A model generated the notes under the pieces. The model saw only the letters and a program-made list of their open reading frames with translations, did no database searches and was not told the origin of the DNA. From Balanoglossus misakiensis (lineage: Eukaryota; Animalia; Hemichordata), in the NCBI GenBank assembly GCA_040954595.2, contig CM082579.2, positions 10,591,625-10,655,624 on the forward strand: 64,000 nt of DNA. The letters are read 5' to 3'. Position numbers and translations under genes: made by a program. Position 1 is the stretch's first letter; the number at the start of each line of letters is the position of its first letter. Shown here one piece after another: positions 63,987-64,000 of this stretch.

Positions 63987-64000
63987 ATGTGGACTCATCA
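63987..64000 (+). CDS. YWTD-EGF gene exon 7 (start of second module, truncated by window)
   Basis: caacag|atgtggactca matches the exon 2 acceptor and start; phase compatible with exon 6. Confidence 0.75.

Overview
Intron-rich eukaryotic (metazoan, probably marine invertebrate) genomic DNA, not prokaryotic. Most ORF-track entries are chance frames. Three + strand genes can be reconstructed by hand from GT-AG sites. (1) A complete 14-exon MGAT4A/B-type N-acetylglucosaminyltransferase IV (8387-26096, 1653 nt, 550 aa), with three additional frame-preserving candidate microexons in its introns. (2) A two-coding-exon FBXL3/FBXL21-type circadian F-box/LRR protein (34383-36304). (3) The 5' part of a signal-peptide + YWTD beta-propeller + EGF (LDL-receptor/LRP-like) gene (59690 to window end), whose module has been recently duplicated together with its intron. 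An orphan type II membrane-protein exon lies on the - strand, head-to-head with FBXL3 (32607-33269). An 18.8 kb array of an 88-bp satellite (about 214 copies, with higher-order structure) occupies 38958-57793 and appears to sit inside a Helentron/HINE-like element. Introns and intergenic DNA carry many non-autonomous DNA transposons, distinguishable by target-site duplication (TA, TTAA, 8 bp, 9 bp, 5 bp). No rRNA, tRNA, CRISPR array or transposase was recognised. All coordinates were counted by hand and none has been checked against a database or transcript.
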